Below the pieces are notes generated by a model. The model did not search any database. It saw only the letters and a program-made list of their open reading frames with translations, and had not been told where the DNA came from. Made by a program: the position numbers and the translations under genes. Source: a virus (Duplodnaviria; Caudoviricetes). Taken from it: a stretch of 53,613 bases of DNA. The stretch covers positions 1-53,613 of IMG/VR virus record IMGVR_UViG_3300009184_002810, one strand, 5' to 3'. Shown piece by piece: positions 45,850-53,613 of the stretch (the first letter of the stretch is position 1; every line of letters begins with the position of its first letter).

Positions 45850-46714
45850 AACCAGTTTCTAATAAGTTTAAAACATTTACACTTAAGTGCGGAAAGTACT
45901 TAAAGAACACTTCTAATACATTTTGCTTGCATTCTAAGTAGTATCCATCGCTATCATCAAAAGACCTTCTTTTATTAGGTCCGAAATGAGTTGCATAATC
46001 GTATTCATCCTTTTTATCAAATAATCCTAATCCGTTTTTAATCCATTGATCTTTCCAGCAGATTAAAGTTTCGTCAAATAGGAATTTATGACTTAAATTA
46101 CGGTGTTTAACCAGTTGCCACAGTAGTTTCTGCTCACAAAAGACCATATTAAGTCCGTTCACAGTTCCACCGTTCTTAGTCATGATCTCCATCCACTCTA
46201 AAGCTGTTTTTGCATACTCTGCTCTTAACTCTTCACTGTTTATATAAAGAAAAGCTACATTTATAGCTTTATCATCCCATTCATAGTTAGGAAGGTCCAT
46301 ATACTTCTTAATCTTGTAGGGTTCTAGGTAATGATTCTTAGTTATTTCCATAAAGTTACCTACAACGTCATATTTCCAGTAATCTTCCGGTATAAACTTT
46401 GTCTTAATGAATAAATCAAGGTCTAGGATAACAAATGGAGCTTCAATTTCATTAATTACCTTTAACTTTGAAGAAGCCCAAAAAGCGGTCTGATCAAACT
46501 CATACTTCTTCTTGTTAAGAACGTCTGTATTAACATTATCCCATAAGTCAAGTATACCCATGTTCTGGATAATAGCTTTGCTATGGTCGTCACAGTAAAG
46601 ATTTGTAGTATGTTCAGGATAAAAATGCTTCCAAGTAAGAACGGAAGTATAAAGGAATGCCTTTTCTAAATTAGAATAAAACTGTATGTGCTCGGCACAC
46701 CATATTACGTTCAT
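45842..46714 (-). CDS. GT-A fold putative glycosyltransferase (DUF6734-like)
   Basis: LYCD, FWASSKL, PFVILDLDLF, INVAF, CEQ. Confidence 0.55.
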   Translation of the reverse strand: MNVIWCAEHIQFYSNLEKAFLYTSVLTWKHFYPEHTTNLYCDDHSKAIIQNMGILDLWDNVNTDVLNKKKYEFDQTAFWASSKLKVINEIEAPFVILDLDLFIKTKFIPEDYWKYDVVGNFMEITKNHYLEPYKIKKYMDLPNYEWDDKAINVAFLYINSEELRAEYAKTALEWMEIMTKNGGTVNGLNMVFCEQKLLWQLVKHRNLSHKFLFDETLICWKDQWIKNGLGLFDKKDEYDYATHFGPNKRRSFDDSDGYYLECKQNVLEVFFKYFPHLSVNVLNLLETGYV

Positions 46715-46727
46715 AACTGATTTATTA

Positions 46728-46734
46728 ATAAATA
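46728..46734 (-). promoter_or_regulatory. Putative late promoter motif TATTTAT heading the glycosyltransferase operon
   Basis: About 14 nt upstream of ATG 46714. Confidence 0.5.
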
Positions 46735-47226
46735 TTAAGAGAACACAGCATAAATCGTTGTATAACTTTCAGCATCAGTTGTATTGAAGTTGTAAGTGTA
46801 CACGATTGGAGATGCTGCAGTACCGTAAGGTTGGTTAGCACCCGATGTTGTTCCTCCGGTCAAGATTGGAGTTACTCCACCTGAAGTAGTTGCCCATCTT
46901 CTAAAATAGAAAGGGTAAATTGAAGTAGCTACGATAGTAATATAAGCATATGCTTTTGAGATTACAAATACGCCTGTACCTGCGCCTTGTCCGCTAGCTG
47001 AAAAAGGATATGTAATAGATACTGTTCCTTGTGCTACGTTACTACTCTGTACTATAACTTGAAATAAGCTAGTACTTTGTAACATAGTATTCATAGATGC
47101 TGCACCTGTATTATAGAGAGGGAAAGTTTTACCTCCTACAGTACGTAGAGATTTTGGCGAAGCTCCTACATAGGTAGCAGCCTGATTTAAAGAAACGTTA
47201 GTCGCTCCGAAAGTACTTATGCCCAT
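46735..47226 (-). CDS. Putative fibre-tip / virion protein
   Basis: Ser/Thr/Gly-rich beta protein, YFRRW...IYAVF; follows the fibre genes. Confidence 0.5.
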   Translation of the reverse strand: MGISTFGATNVSLNQAATYVGASPKSLRTVGGKTFPLYNTGAASMNTMLQSTSLFQVIVQSSNVAQGTVSITYPFSASGQGAGTGVFVISKAYAYITIVATSIYPFYFRRWATTSGGVTPILTGGTTSGANQPYGTAASPIVYTYNFNTTDAESYTTIYAVFS

Positions 47227-47759
47227 TAGTCGTCTATTATGTTTTCGTCTCCAAATATTGCTCCAAACTCTCTTTTAATCTGCTCGTAAGCAAAAGAGTA
47301 AATATTACCGCTGTTCTTATTAATGTCTATCTTCTGCTTTACTATTGTTTGAGTACCTGTTTGAACAATTTTCTTAGCTTCAGTCTGTTTTTCTCTTTCT
47401 ACTATATTACCGTCTTCGTCGAAATCGTAATACTTACTTATTTTAGTCTCAGTTACTTCTTCAAATACCGGTATCTCTACTTCTTCATCTTTAACAAGAG
47501 GTATTTCAAAATAGGTAGGATACTGTATTTCTTGATCGTTATATACAAGACTCACTCCTATAATTTGAGATGGATGTGGATTAACCTCTCCAAAGTATAT
47601 CGGAAAAGTTTCTAAAGCTGCTTGTCTGCTAGGATACATTGCAATAGTTGTATGTAATAATCCGTAGAACATATCTACTATGTACATTTCAATTCTTACA
47701 TAAGCCTCGGTTAAGAGGCCTTGGTTTGTCTCCAAGGGCTGCTTTACAATAAATCCCAT
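47226..47759 (-). CDS. Hypothetical protein, possible fibre assembly factor
   Basis: Acidic 177-aa ORF directly downstream of the S74-containing fibre. Confidence 0.45.
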   Translation of the reverse strand: MGFIVKQPLETNQGLLTEAYVRIEMYIVDMFYGLLHTTIAMYPSRQAALETFPIYFGEVNPHPSQIIGVSLVYNDQEIQYPTYFEIPLVKDEEVEIPVFEEVTETKISKYYDFDEDGNIVEREKQTEAKKIVQTGTQTIVKQKIDINKNSGNIYSFAYEQIKREFGAIFGDENIIDD

Positions 47760-47762
47760 AAC

Positions 47763-49979
47763 TTATTTATTTAAAATTGCTTTTACTTCTTCTAATTGTT
47801 GTTGTAAGAAATCTATTTGCGCCTGTTGTGCTTTCATACCTTCAATTAATAAAGCATTTAATTTTTCATATTTAACAGCTTTGTACCCATTATCACGAGT
47901 AGTAACAGTGTCAGGTAAATTAATAGCTTCAATTTGTTGTGCTATAACTCCAGTATCGCTGCCTGTATGAGAATGTACTTCTTCAAATCCTCCTTTCCAG
48001 CTAAAAGTAACACCGTCTATTGCTTTAATTTTAGCAATTGGGTCTTCAATTCTAGTAATATTCTCTTTTAATCTTTCATCTGAAGAATAGTAAGCTGTAA
48101 TATCGGCAGTTGCTCTAATTTCACCTACTGTAGCAGATCCTGCTGTACCAACTCCTAATGAGTTAAATTGTACGTTAGAAGAAGTAGCTACTGCTTGACC
48201 GATAGAGATTGTTACTGCGCCAGTTGCACCACTTACGCTAACACCTGTTCCTGCTACGTTTGAAGTTACACCCGTATTATTAATTGTTACCGCACCTGTA
48301 GCTCCAGATACTGAAATTGCAGTACCAGCTACTGCTGAAGTTACACCCGTGTTAGTAATAGTTACTGCTCCTGTAGCTCCAGATACTGAAATACCAGTAC
48401 TTGCTACGTTTGAAGTAACACCCGTATTGGTAATAGTTACGTTTCCTGTTGCAGAAGCATTTGTACTTAAGCCTGTATTTGTAGTTAATGAAGTTACACC
48501 TGCGTTAGTTAATGTTACTGATGATCCTAATGCAACAGCACCGCCACCTAACATACCTGTACCTGCTGTTACTGTTACTGAACTATTTGCTAATTGAGCG
48601 TTTGTAATACTTGCAGCTGGTATTTGAACTGACCCGCTAAATACTCCTGTACTTGTTAAAATAGTAGCTGCTGTAATTGAACCGCCTAAAGAAGTTGAAG
48701 TACCTGCGATTGTGATTGCACTATTTGTTAATCTATCGTTTGCTACAGATCCGGCTATTAAATTAGATCCGTTTAATGAACCTGTTAAATTAGTTGCAAT
48801 CAATGAACCTGTAACTTGTAATGGTCCTGAAGGTAAGGTAACTGTACCCCATAAAGTTTGTACATCATTAGATGCATCTCCAAGCTGGTTGCTACCAGTA
48901 GAGAATATTATAGAAGAAGTTTCATAAACAACATTTAAGTATTGAATTGAAGCAGTATTAAATTGAGCATTAGATGCTGTTATATTGCCAAATACATTAT
49001 TACCTGTAAAAGTATTACTTACTACTAATTGTGGAAATTGGCTTGAGCTTAATGAGTTAAATAACGTTGAGTTATCTGCACTAGCTGCACTTGTTGCTCT
49101 TGAAGCACTTACTGCATTTGCTACATAAGAAGCTGTTGTAGCAGTTCCTAATAAAGAACCAGTAATACCACCATTTACGTTTAACGAACCTGTTATATTG
49201 GTTGAGCCTGTTATATTAACACTTGTACTAGTAACGCGTATTCTTTCTATATTGGCTCCATAAATGGTTGTATAATATGGATTTCCAAATCCGCCCATCT
49301 TAAATTCACCACTGAAAGCATTCAATGTAAATCCAGCGGCTAGAGTTGGTGTTACAACACTGTCATAGAAATATAAGCTACCGGTGTATTGAGCTCCTCT
49401 TGTACCTGCAATTGCAATATTTTGGTTTACTGTTAAATCATATCCTGCTATTGAACTAGTATTAATTGAAAATCTAGTAGAATATGAAGAAGTATTAGCG
49501 TATGATGCACTTACTGCGTTTAAGACATAGGAAGCTGTGTCAGCATTAGCTGCGCTTGTTGCACGAGATGCGCTTGTTGCATTTAAAGCATAAGAACCGC
49601 TTAATGCATAAGATGCGCTCGTTGCGTTATCAGCATTAGCTGCTGAAGTAGCACGAGATGCACTTGTTGCGCTATCTGCTGTTGAAGCATTTAAAGCATA
49701 AGATGCACTTGTTGCTGTATCTGCACTAGCTGCACTAGTTGCTCTTGAAGCACTTGTTGCACTATTAGCAGTTGTTGCATTTAAAGCATAAGATGCACTT
49801 AGTGCGTAGGATGCACTTACAGCGTTTGTAATAGAACCGGTTATAGCACCAGAAATTGGGCCATTTACGTTTAAACTACCGGTAATACTAACGTTACCTT
49901 GTAAGTTACTGCTGCCTGTTACGATAAGAGATCCGCTTACTTGAAGTGATCCGGTTATTACGCCACTATCTATGATCAT
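47763..49979 (-). CDS. Tail fibre protein with C-terminal peptidase S74 intramolecular chaperone
   Basis: ASYA repeats; YSSDERLKENI...GVIAQ...AVKYEKL..LLIE followed by a coiled coil. Confidence 0.9.
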   Translation of the reverse strand: MIIDSGVITGSLQVSGSLIVTGSSNLQGNVSITGSLNVNGPISGAITGSITNAVSASYALSASYALNATTANSATSASRATSAASADTATSASYALNASTADSATSASRATSAANADNATSASYALSGSYALNATSASRATSAANADTASYVLNAVSASYANTSSYSTRFSINTSSIAGYDLTVNQNIAIAGTRGAQYTGSLYFYDSVVTPTLAAGFTLNAFSGEFKMGGFGNPYYTTIYGANIERIRVTSTSVNITGSTNITGSLNVNGGITGSLLGTATTASYVANAVSASRATSAASADNSTLFNSLSSSQFPQLVVSNTFTGNNVFGNITASNAQFNTASIQYLNVVYETSSIIFSTGSNQLGDASNDVQTLWGTVTLPSGPLQVTGSLIATNLTGSLNGSNLIAGSVANDRLTNSAITIAGTSTSLGGSITAATILTSTGVFSGSVQIPAASITNAQLANSSVTVTAGTGMLGGGAVALGSSVTLTNAGVTSLTTNTGLSTNASATGNVTITNTGVTSNVASTGISVSGATGAVTITNTGVTSAVAGTAISVSGATGAVTINNTGVTSNVAGTGVSVSGATGAVTISIGQAVATSSNVQFNSLGVGTAGSATVGEIRATADITAYYSSDERLKENITRIEDPIAKIKAIDGVTFSWKGGFEEVHSHTGSDTGVIAQQIEAINLPDTVTTRDNGYKAVKYEKLNALLIEGMKAQQAQIDFLQQQLEEVKAILNK
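48200..48510 (-). repeat. Tandem ~75-bp coding repeats (NTGVTSxVAGTGISVSGATGAVTIT, about 4 copies)
   Basis: Visible in the translation and in the DNA (recurrent gaagttacacccgt and cctgtagctccagatactgaaat). Confidence 0.85.
49750..49801. repeat. 52-bp exact repeat shared with 52660-52711
   Basis: gcacttgttgcactattagcagttgttgcatttaaagcataagatgcactta is present in two different fibre genes. Confidence 0.9.
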
Positions 49980-49998
49980 TGTTGAAATATTATTTGTT

Positions 49999-50005
49999 AT
50001 AAATA
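49999..50005 (-). promoter_or_regulatory. Putative late promoter motif TATTTAT
   Basis: 20 nt upstream of ATG 49979. Confidence 0.55.
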
Positions 50006-50030
50006 TCTAAATTCTAGGAATAAAATGTGC

Positions 50031-50531
50031 TTATATAACCCTTGCATAACCGCTAATAGCCGTTGAAAATGTAACAGTCACTGTGTTAGTATTGGTTCCT
50101 ACTATTGTTGCAGGAATTATAACAGCATCACTTGAATCATATATCTGAACTAAAGGATATTTGTTGTTCAAGTTATGATTAATTGTCCATGTACTTGAAG
50201 GTGAGCTTTGTACAAAATTAATTCCAACGCTAGCTGCATAAGAAGATGTTAAAGCATAAGAAGCGCTTACAGCGTTTAATACATAACTAGCTGTATCTGC
50301 GTTAGCTGCACTCGTAGCACGAGATGCGCTTACTGCAACAGCTACATAGCTTGCTGTCTGTGCTATTAATACATAAGAGGCTGTTACAGCGAAAGTAGAA
50401 TAAGAAGAAGAAGCTACACTAGCTACATAAGATGCAGTTAATGCAAATGATGCGCTATCTATAATTGCTCCTTCTATATATACCGAAGTCCCTGTTAAGG
50501 GTATAATTCTATTAACCTGTAAAGTACTCAT
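50031..50531 (-). CDS. Short fibre module protein
   Basis: MSTLQVNRI N-terminus, ASYA repeats, C-terminal STWTINHNLN..YPLVQIYD domain. Confidence 0.7.
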   Translation of the reverse strand: MSTLQVNRIIPLTGTSVYIEGAIIDSASFALTASYVASVASSSYSTFAVTASYVLIAQTASYVAVAVSASRATSAANADTASYVLNAVSASYALTSSYAASVGINFVQSSPSSTWTINHNLNNKYPLVQIYDSSDAVIIPATIVGTNTNTVTVTFSTAISGYARVI

Positions 50532-50559
50532 CTTGTTTTATTTTGTTTTTATACCTATT

Positions 50560-50566
50560 ATAAATA
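50560..50566 (-). promoter_or_regulatory. Putative late promoter motif TATTTAT
   Basis: About 29 nt upstream of ATG 50531. Confidence 0.5.
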
Positions 50567-50586
50567 TTTCGTTTTATACATTAAAC

Positions 50587-50994
50587 CTATAGTATTATTA
50601 AGCGTGATCCAATCTCTACGCTACTTGTACCCTGTAGCTGCACTGGTGTTAATAGTAGTCCGTTATATCCAGCAGGAACCACTACATTAGAGGCGGTTTG
50701 TGGATATAAAAATATATTCGCAGACGCACTTCCTGTAACAGTTAAGCTACCAGATATAGTTTGACTTCCAGAAAATGTATTTGATCCTGTTGTGGCGCCG
50801 CCACCTGATCCTCCATTTAAAACATATGAAGCAGTCAGGGCGTAAGAAGAAGAAACAGCTTGGGAAGCAGTTCCATATAAAGAGCCGGTAAATTGATTAG
50901 CACTAATTATAGAGGCAGATATAGAAGTATCTACACTAAGAGATGATAGGTTTCCGGCACTGCCAGAGACAATGAGTTTTTTCCAATTCGGCAT
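50587..50994 (-). CDS. Short fibre module protein (start revised to ATG 50994, MPNWKKLIVSGS)
   Basis: N-terminus matches MANWKKLAVSGS of 51099-52922. Confidence 0.7.
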   Translation of the reverse strand: MPNWKKLIVSGSAGNLSSLSVDTSISASIISANQFTGSLYGTASQAVSSSYALTASYVLNGGSGGGATTGSNTFSGSQTISGSLTVTGSASANIFLYPQTASNVVVPAGYNGLLLTPVQLQGTSSVEIGSRLIIL

Positions 50995-51007
50995 TTTATA
51001 CAATTTG

Positions 51008-51071
51008 TATTGTGGTTAGATACATACACTTATGCCGTGTATATGCCTACTTCCTGTTAAGGCCTACAATA
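51008..51071 (-). ncRNA. Putative structured 5' leader RNA (three-way junction)
   Basis: P1 UAUUGU(A)GG/CCACAAUA; P2 CCU-UAAC-AGG; P3 UAGGCAUAUACAC-GGCAUAA-GUGUAUGUAUCUA. Lies between the promoter motif at 51079-51085 and the ATG. Confidence 0.55.
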
Positions 51072-51078
51072 TTCTATT

Positions 51079-51085
51079 ATAAATA
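51079..51085 (-). promoter_or_regulatory. Putative late promoter motif TATTTAT
   Basis: 85 nt upstream of ATG 50994, immediately before the structured leader. Confidence 0.5.
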
Positions 51086-51098
51086 GAGCCTTTATTGA

Positions 51099-52922
51099 TT
51101 AAAAATATATGAAAAGCTCGTCGGTAGCAGTATTTATCCACATGTTACCTTGACCTAATCCCGTACCGCCAAATTGTGGAACAGCATTTCCAGGTGTAGA
51201 TCCTGAAATCAAAGCAGTTACTGCATATTCTGCAGCTGTTGCTGCTGTTGCATCAGGTAAGACGCCGCTTGCTACTGCAAAACGTCCGTTTAAGGCGCTA
51301 GTACCTGTAGTAGTACCTGCTGTTTCTAGGAAGAAAGCTGAGCCGGAATTTGCACTATTACCAGTGTTGATTACGATACCTGAATCTTGGAATGTAGTTG
51401 AACCGGAGTTTAATAAAATAAACTGGTCTACGACTGCTAAGTTTTGTACGTTTTGGAACGAAGCGGTACCGTTTACAGTTAAGTTAGCCTGCATTACCAC
51501 ATTATCGTGGAATGTAGAAGCACCTGTTACATATAAGCCTCCTGCTTGAACTAAAACTCCGCCTGCGTTATTAATAGTAACGTTAGCAGCATCAGTAATA
51601 CTAGAATTTGCAAATGCAGCTCCTGTCCATTTTGTTACTAATCCAGTAGTTAAAGTAGCTGCTCCTGATACTGCTACTGCAGCTGTAGTAGATCCATCAT
51701 ATGTGAAAGCGCTAATACCAGTACCTTGAGTCAAGTCAGGTAAGTTACTAGTACCTACAAAGTTACCAGCAAAGCTTCCGGTAAATGAACCAGTTAGGCT
51801 AGAGTTAGCACCTGTTGCAACTACGTTTCCTGCACTATTAATGTTACTAGATACTATTAAAGATCCAGTAATTTGAGAATTTGTATTTACTGTAAATCCT
51901 AAATCAGGAGAAATTGAAGCAGTTGCTGAACCACTAGCAATTCTAGATAAATTTAATCCTGTAATTCCTGAAGCAGGTATATTCGTTAATCCACTTCCGT
52001 CTCCTTGGAAGGAACCGCTAAATGAACCGCTAAATGTACCGTTTCCTGTTGCTGCAAATGATGCCGAAGTTGCATTGTCAGCATTAGCTGCTGAAGTTGC
52101 TCTAGATGCACTTACTGCATTTAAAACATAAGATGCAGTTTGTGCGGTTTCAACATAAGATGCAGTAAGAGCAGAAATTGCGCATGAAGCAGATAATGCA
52201 TAAGAAGATGATAATGCATAAGAAGATGATAATGCATAAGAAGCTGATATTGCAAAAGAGGCTGTAGCAGGAACATTTAGAGCATAAGATGCTGTTAAGG
52301 CAAAAGAAGCTGTATTAGCATATGATGCACTTACTACTGTTGGTGCACTACCTGTAAATCCACCAATACTAGCTACAGCTGTACCGGCAGTTGGAACGCT
52401 AAAAGTAATTGTAGCAGTAACAGTATTGTTTGCTGTAATTGAAGTTGGTATGATTACCTGATTACTTGCATTGAATACTTGGAATACAGGGAATTGATCG
52501 TTTAAGAAGTGATTAAATACCCATGTACTTGCAGGAGTAGGCTGTACAAATGTAGCATTAGAACCTGTAACAATAGTTTTATCTAAAACATATGAAGCAG
52601 TTAATGCAAAATTGGAATAAGAAGAAGATAAAGCATAAGATGCACTTGTTGCATTAGCTGCACTTGTTGCACTATTAGCAGTTGTTGCATTTAAAGCATA
52701 AGATGCACTTAAAGCATAGGAAGCACTTATTGAAGAATCAGATCCTGGTGCGTAAGAGGCACTTAAAGCATAAGAAGAACTTACTGCTGCTGAAGCAGTT
52801 CCAGCTAAAGATCCAATAAATTGAGATCCGCTAAAGATAGAAGCGGTTATAGATGTATCTACCTTAAGTTGAGGGAAAGCTGTAGCACTACCTGAGACTG
52901 CGAGTTTTTTCCAATTTGCCAT
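51099..52922 (-). CDS. Tail fibre / fibre scaffold protein
   Basis: 607 aa, Ser/Ala/Thr-rich; ASYAL repeats; GSFSGSFQGDGSGLT; internal STWVFNH domain. Confidence 0.8.
   Translation of the reverse strand: MANWKKLAVSGSATAFPQLKVDTSITASIFSGSQFIGSLAGTASAAVSSSYALSASYAPGSDSSISASYALSASYALNATTANSATSAANATSASYALSSSYSNFALTASYVLDKTIVTGSNATFVQPTPASTWVFNHFLNDQFPVFQVFNASNQVIIPTSITANNTVTATITFSVPTAGTAVASIGGFTGSAPTVVSASYANTASFALTASYALNVPATASFAISASYALSSSYALSSSYALSASCAISALTASYVETAQTASYVLNAVSASRATSAANADNATSASFAATGNGTFSGSFSGSFQGDGSGLTNIPASGITGLNLSRIASGSATASISPDLGFTVNTNSQITGSLIVSSNINSAGNVVATGANSSLTGSFTGSFAGNFVGTSNLPDLTQGTGISAFTYDGSTTAAVAVSGAATLTTGLVTKWTGAAFANSSITDAANVTINNAGGVLVQAGGLYVTGASTFHDNVVMQANLTVNGTASFQNVQNLAVVDQFILLNSGSTTFQDSGIVINTGNSANSGSAFFLETAGTTTGTSALNGRFAVASGVLPDATAATAAEYAVTALISGSTPGNAVPQFGGTGLGQGNMWINTATDELFIYF
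52192..52243. repeat. 18-bp tandem repeat, about 3 copies (SSSYAL)
   Basis: gataatgcataagaagat repeated. Confidence 0.85.
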
Positions 52923-52945
52923 TTGTTATATTTTATATTGTACTA

Positions 52946-53167
52946 CTACCTAGTAATCGTAGTATAATATTGTTGAAGTTTTAAAATTAAATTATAAACT
53001 CTTTCGATACTCTCCCCTTTAAACGTTGCATCTCTAACTGTAATTAGAAGTATCTCTACTTCCTCTTTTGTTAAACTAAGGTACTGTTCCTTAGGCGTTG
53101 AAAGAAGAGGAGTTGTCGAAGACTCCTCTTTATTATTATTATTAATATGTTTTGTTAAAAAAGCCAT
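52946..53167 (-). CDS. Small hypothetical protein between fibre genes
   Basis: 73 aa, LTKEEVEILL...TFKGE..E.VY..ILKLQ. Confidence 0.6.
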   Translation of the reverse strand: MAFLTKHINNNNKEESSTTPLLSTPKEQYLSLTKEEVEILLITVRDATFKGESIERVYNLILKLQQYYTTITR

Positions 53168-53189
53168 AACTGTATTTTATTTAACCTAA

Positions 53190-53613
53190 TTAAGCATAAA
53201 TCCAAATATCACTAGTTGATGTATCAACCCATGTGTTACCTTGACCCAATCCTGTACCTCCAAATTGTGGAGTAGCATTACCTGGAGCAGATCCTGAAAT
53301 TACAGTTGTGTTAGCATATTCAGCAGCTGTTGCAGAAGTTGCATCCGGTAGAACATTAATTCCTACTGCGAAACGACCGTATAATCCGTTAGTACCAGTT
53401 GTTGTACCTGAAGTTTCTAAGAAGAAAGCAGATCCTGAGTTAGCAGCGTTGCCTGTATTGATTACAATACCTGAATCTTGGAATGTAGAAGAACCAGAGT
53501 TTAATAAGATAAATTGATCTTTAACTGCTAAGTTGTCAACATTTTGGAACGATGCAGTACCTTGTACAGTTAAGTTACCTTGCATTACCACGTTATCATG
53601 GAATGTAGATGAA
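53190..53613 (-). CDS. Fibre protein, C-terminal part (5' end outside window); paralogue of the 51099-52922 C-terminus
   Basis: Frame open to the window end (SSTFHDNVVMQ...); nearly collinear with STFHDNVVMQANLTV...GQGNMWINT. Confidence 0.8.
   Translation of the reverse strand, partial: SSTFHDNVVMQGNLTVQGTASFQNVDNLAVKDQFILLNSGSSTFQDSGIVINTGNAANSGSAFFLETSGTTTGTNGLYGRFAVGINVLPDATSATAAEYANTTVISGSAPGNATPQFGGTGLGQGNTWVDTSTSDIWIYA

Noticed and set aside
48200-52750. CRISPR-like repeat array
   Set aside because: The repeats are in-frame coding repeats of fibre proteins with no unique spacers of regular length.
4203-53517. Numerous short plus-strand ORFs in the track (e.g. 4203-4409, 8967-10364, 13611-13889, 19052-19432, 40372-40659, 48349-48927, 53308-53517)
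   Set aside because: All lie antisense to long, motif-bearing minus-strand genes and have no recognisable motifs; treated as shadow ORFs. Only 24179-26836 is accepted on the plus strand.
51099-53613. Paired 3' regions of two fibre genes as a diversity-generating retroelement TR/VR
   Set aside because: Differences are largely at synonymous positions and not adenine-specific, both copies are coding, and no reverse transcriptase is in the window.
1-53613. tRNA, rRNA, integrase or transposase genes
   Set aside because: None recognised; intergenic spaces are too short apart from the 51008-51071 leader, which does not form a cloverleaf.

Overview
Fragment of a large AT-rich myovirus-type phage genome, almost entirely encoded on the minus strand. 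A Bacteroidota host is inferred from the absence of Shine-Dalgarno motifs and three TTG-N20-TAnnTT promoters. From left to right: a truncated, highly divergent family-A DNA polymerase; baseplate, tape-measure, tail chaperone (apparent programmed frameshift), tube and sheath genes; a ~30 kb accessory island (16982-46714) of sugar-nucleotide, glycosyltransferase and decorating enzymes (sulfo-, carbamoyl-, acetyl- and methyltransferases, five SGNH proteins, a radical SAM); then a set of modular Ser/Thr/Ala-rich fibre genes. The most striking element is a gene (19127-20617) fusing a circularly permuted ATP-grasp-like domain to a Hint domain that keeps only its C-terminal cleavage residues, followed by a 43-aa, 10-Cys peptide. 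It heads its own operon with two sulfotransferases and a GNAT and sits next to PAPS-supply genes, making it a candidate phage-encoded self-releasing modified-peptide (RiPP-like) system. All assignments come from motif recognition by eye; no database searches were run.
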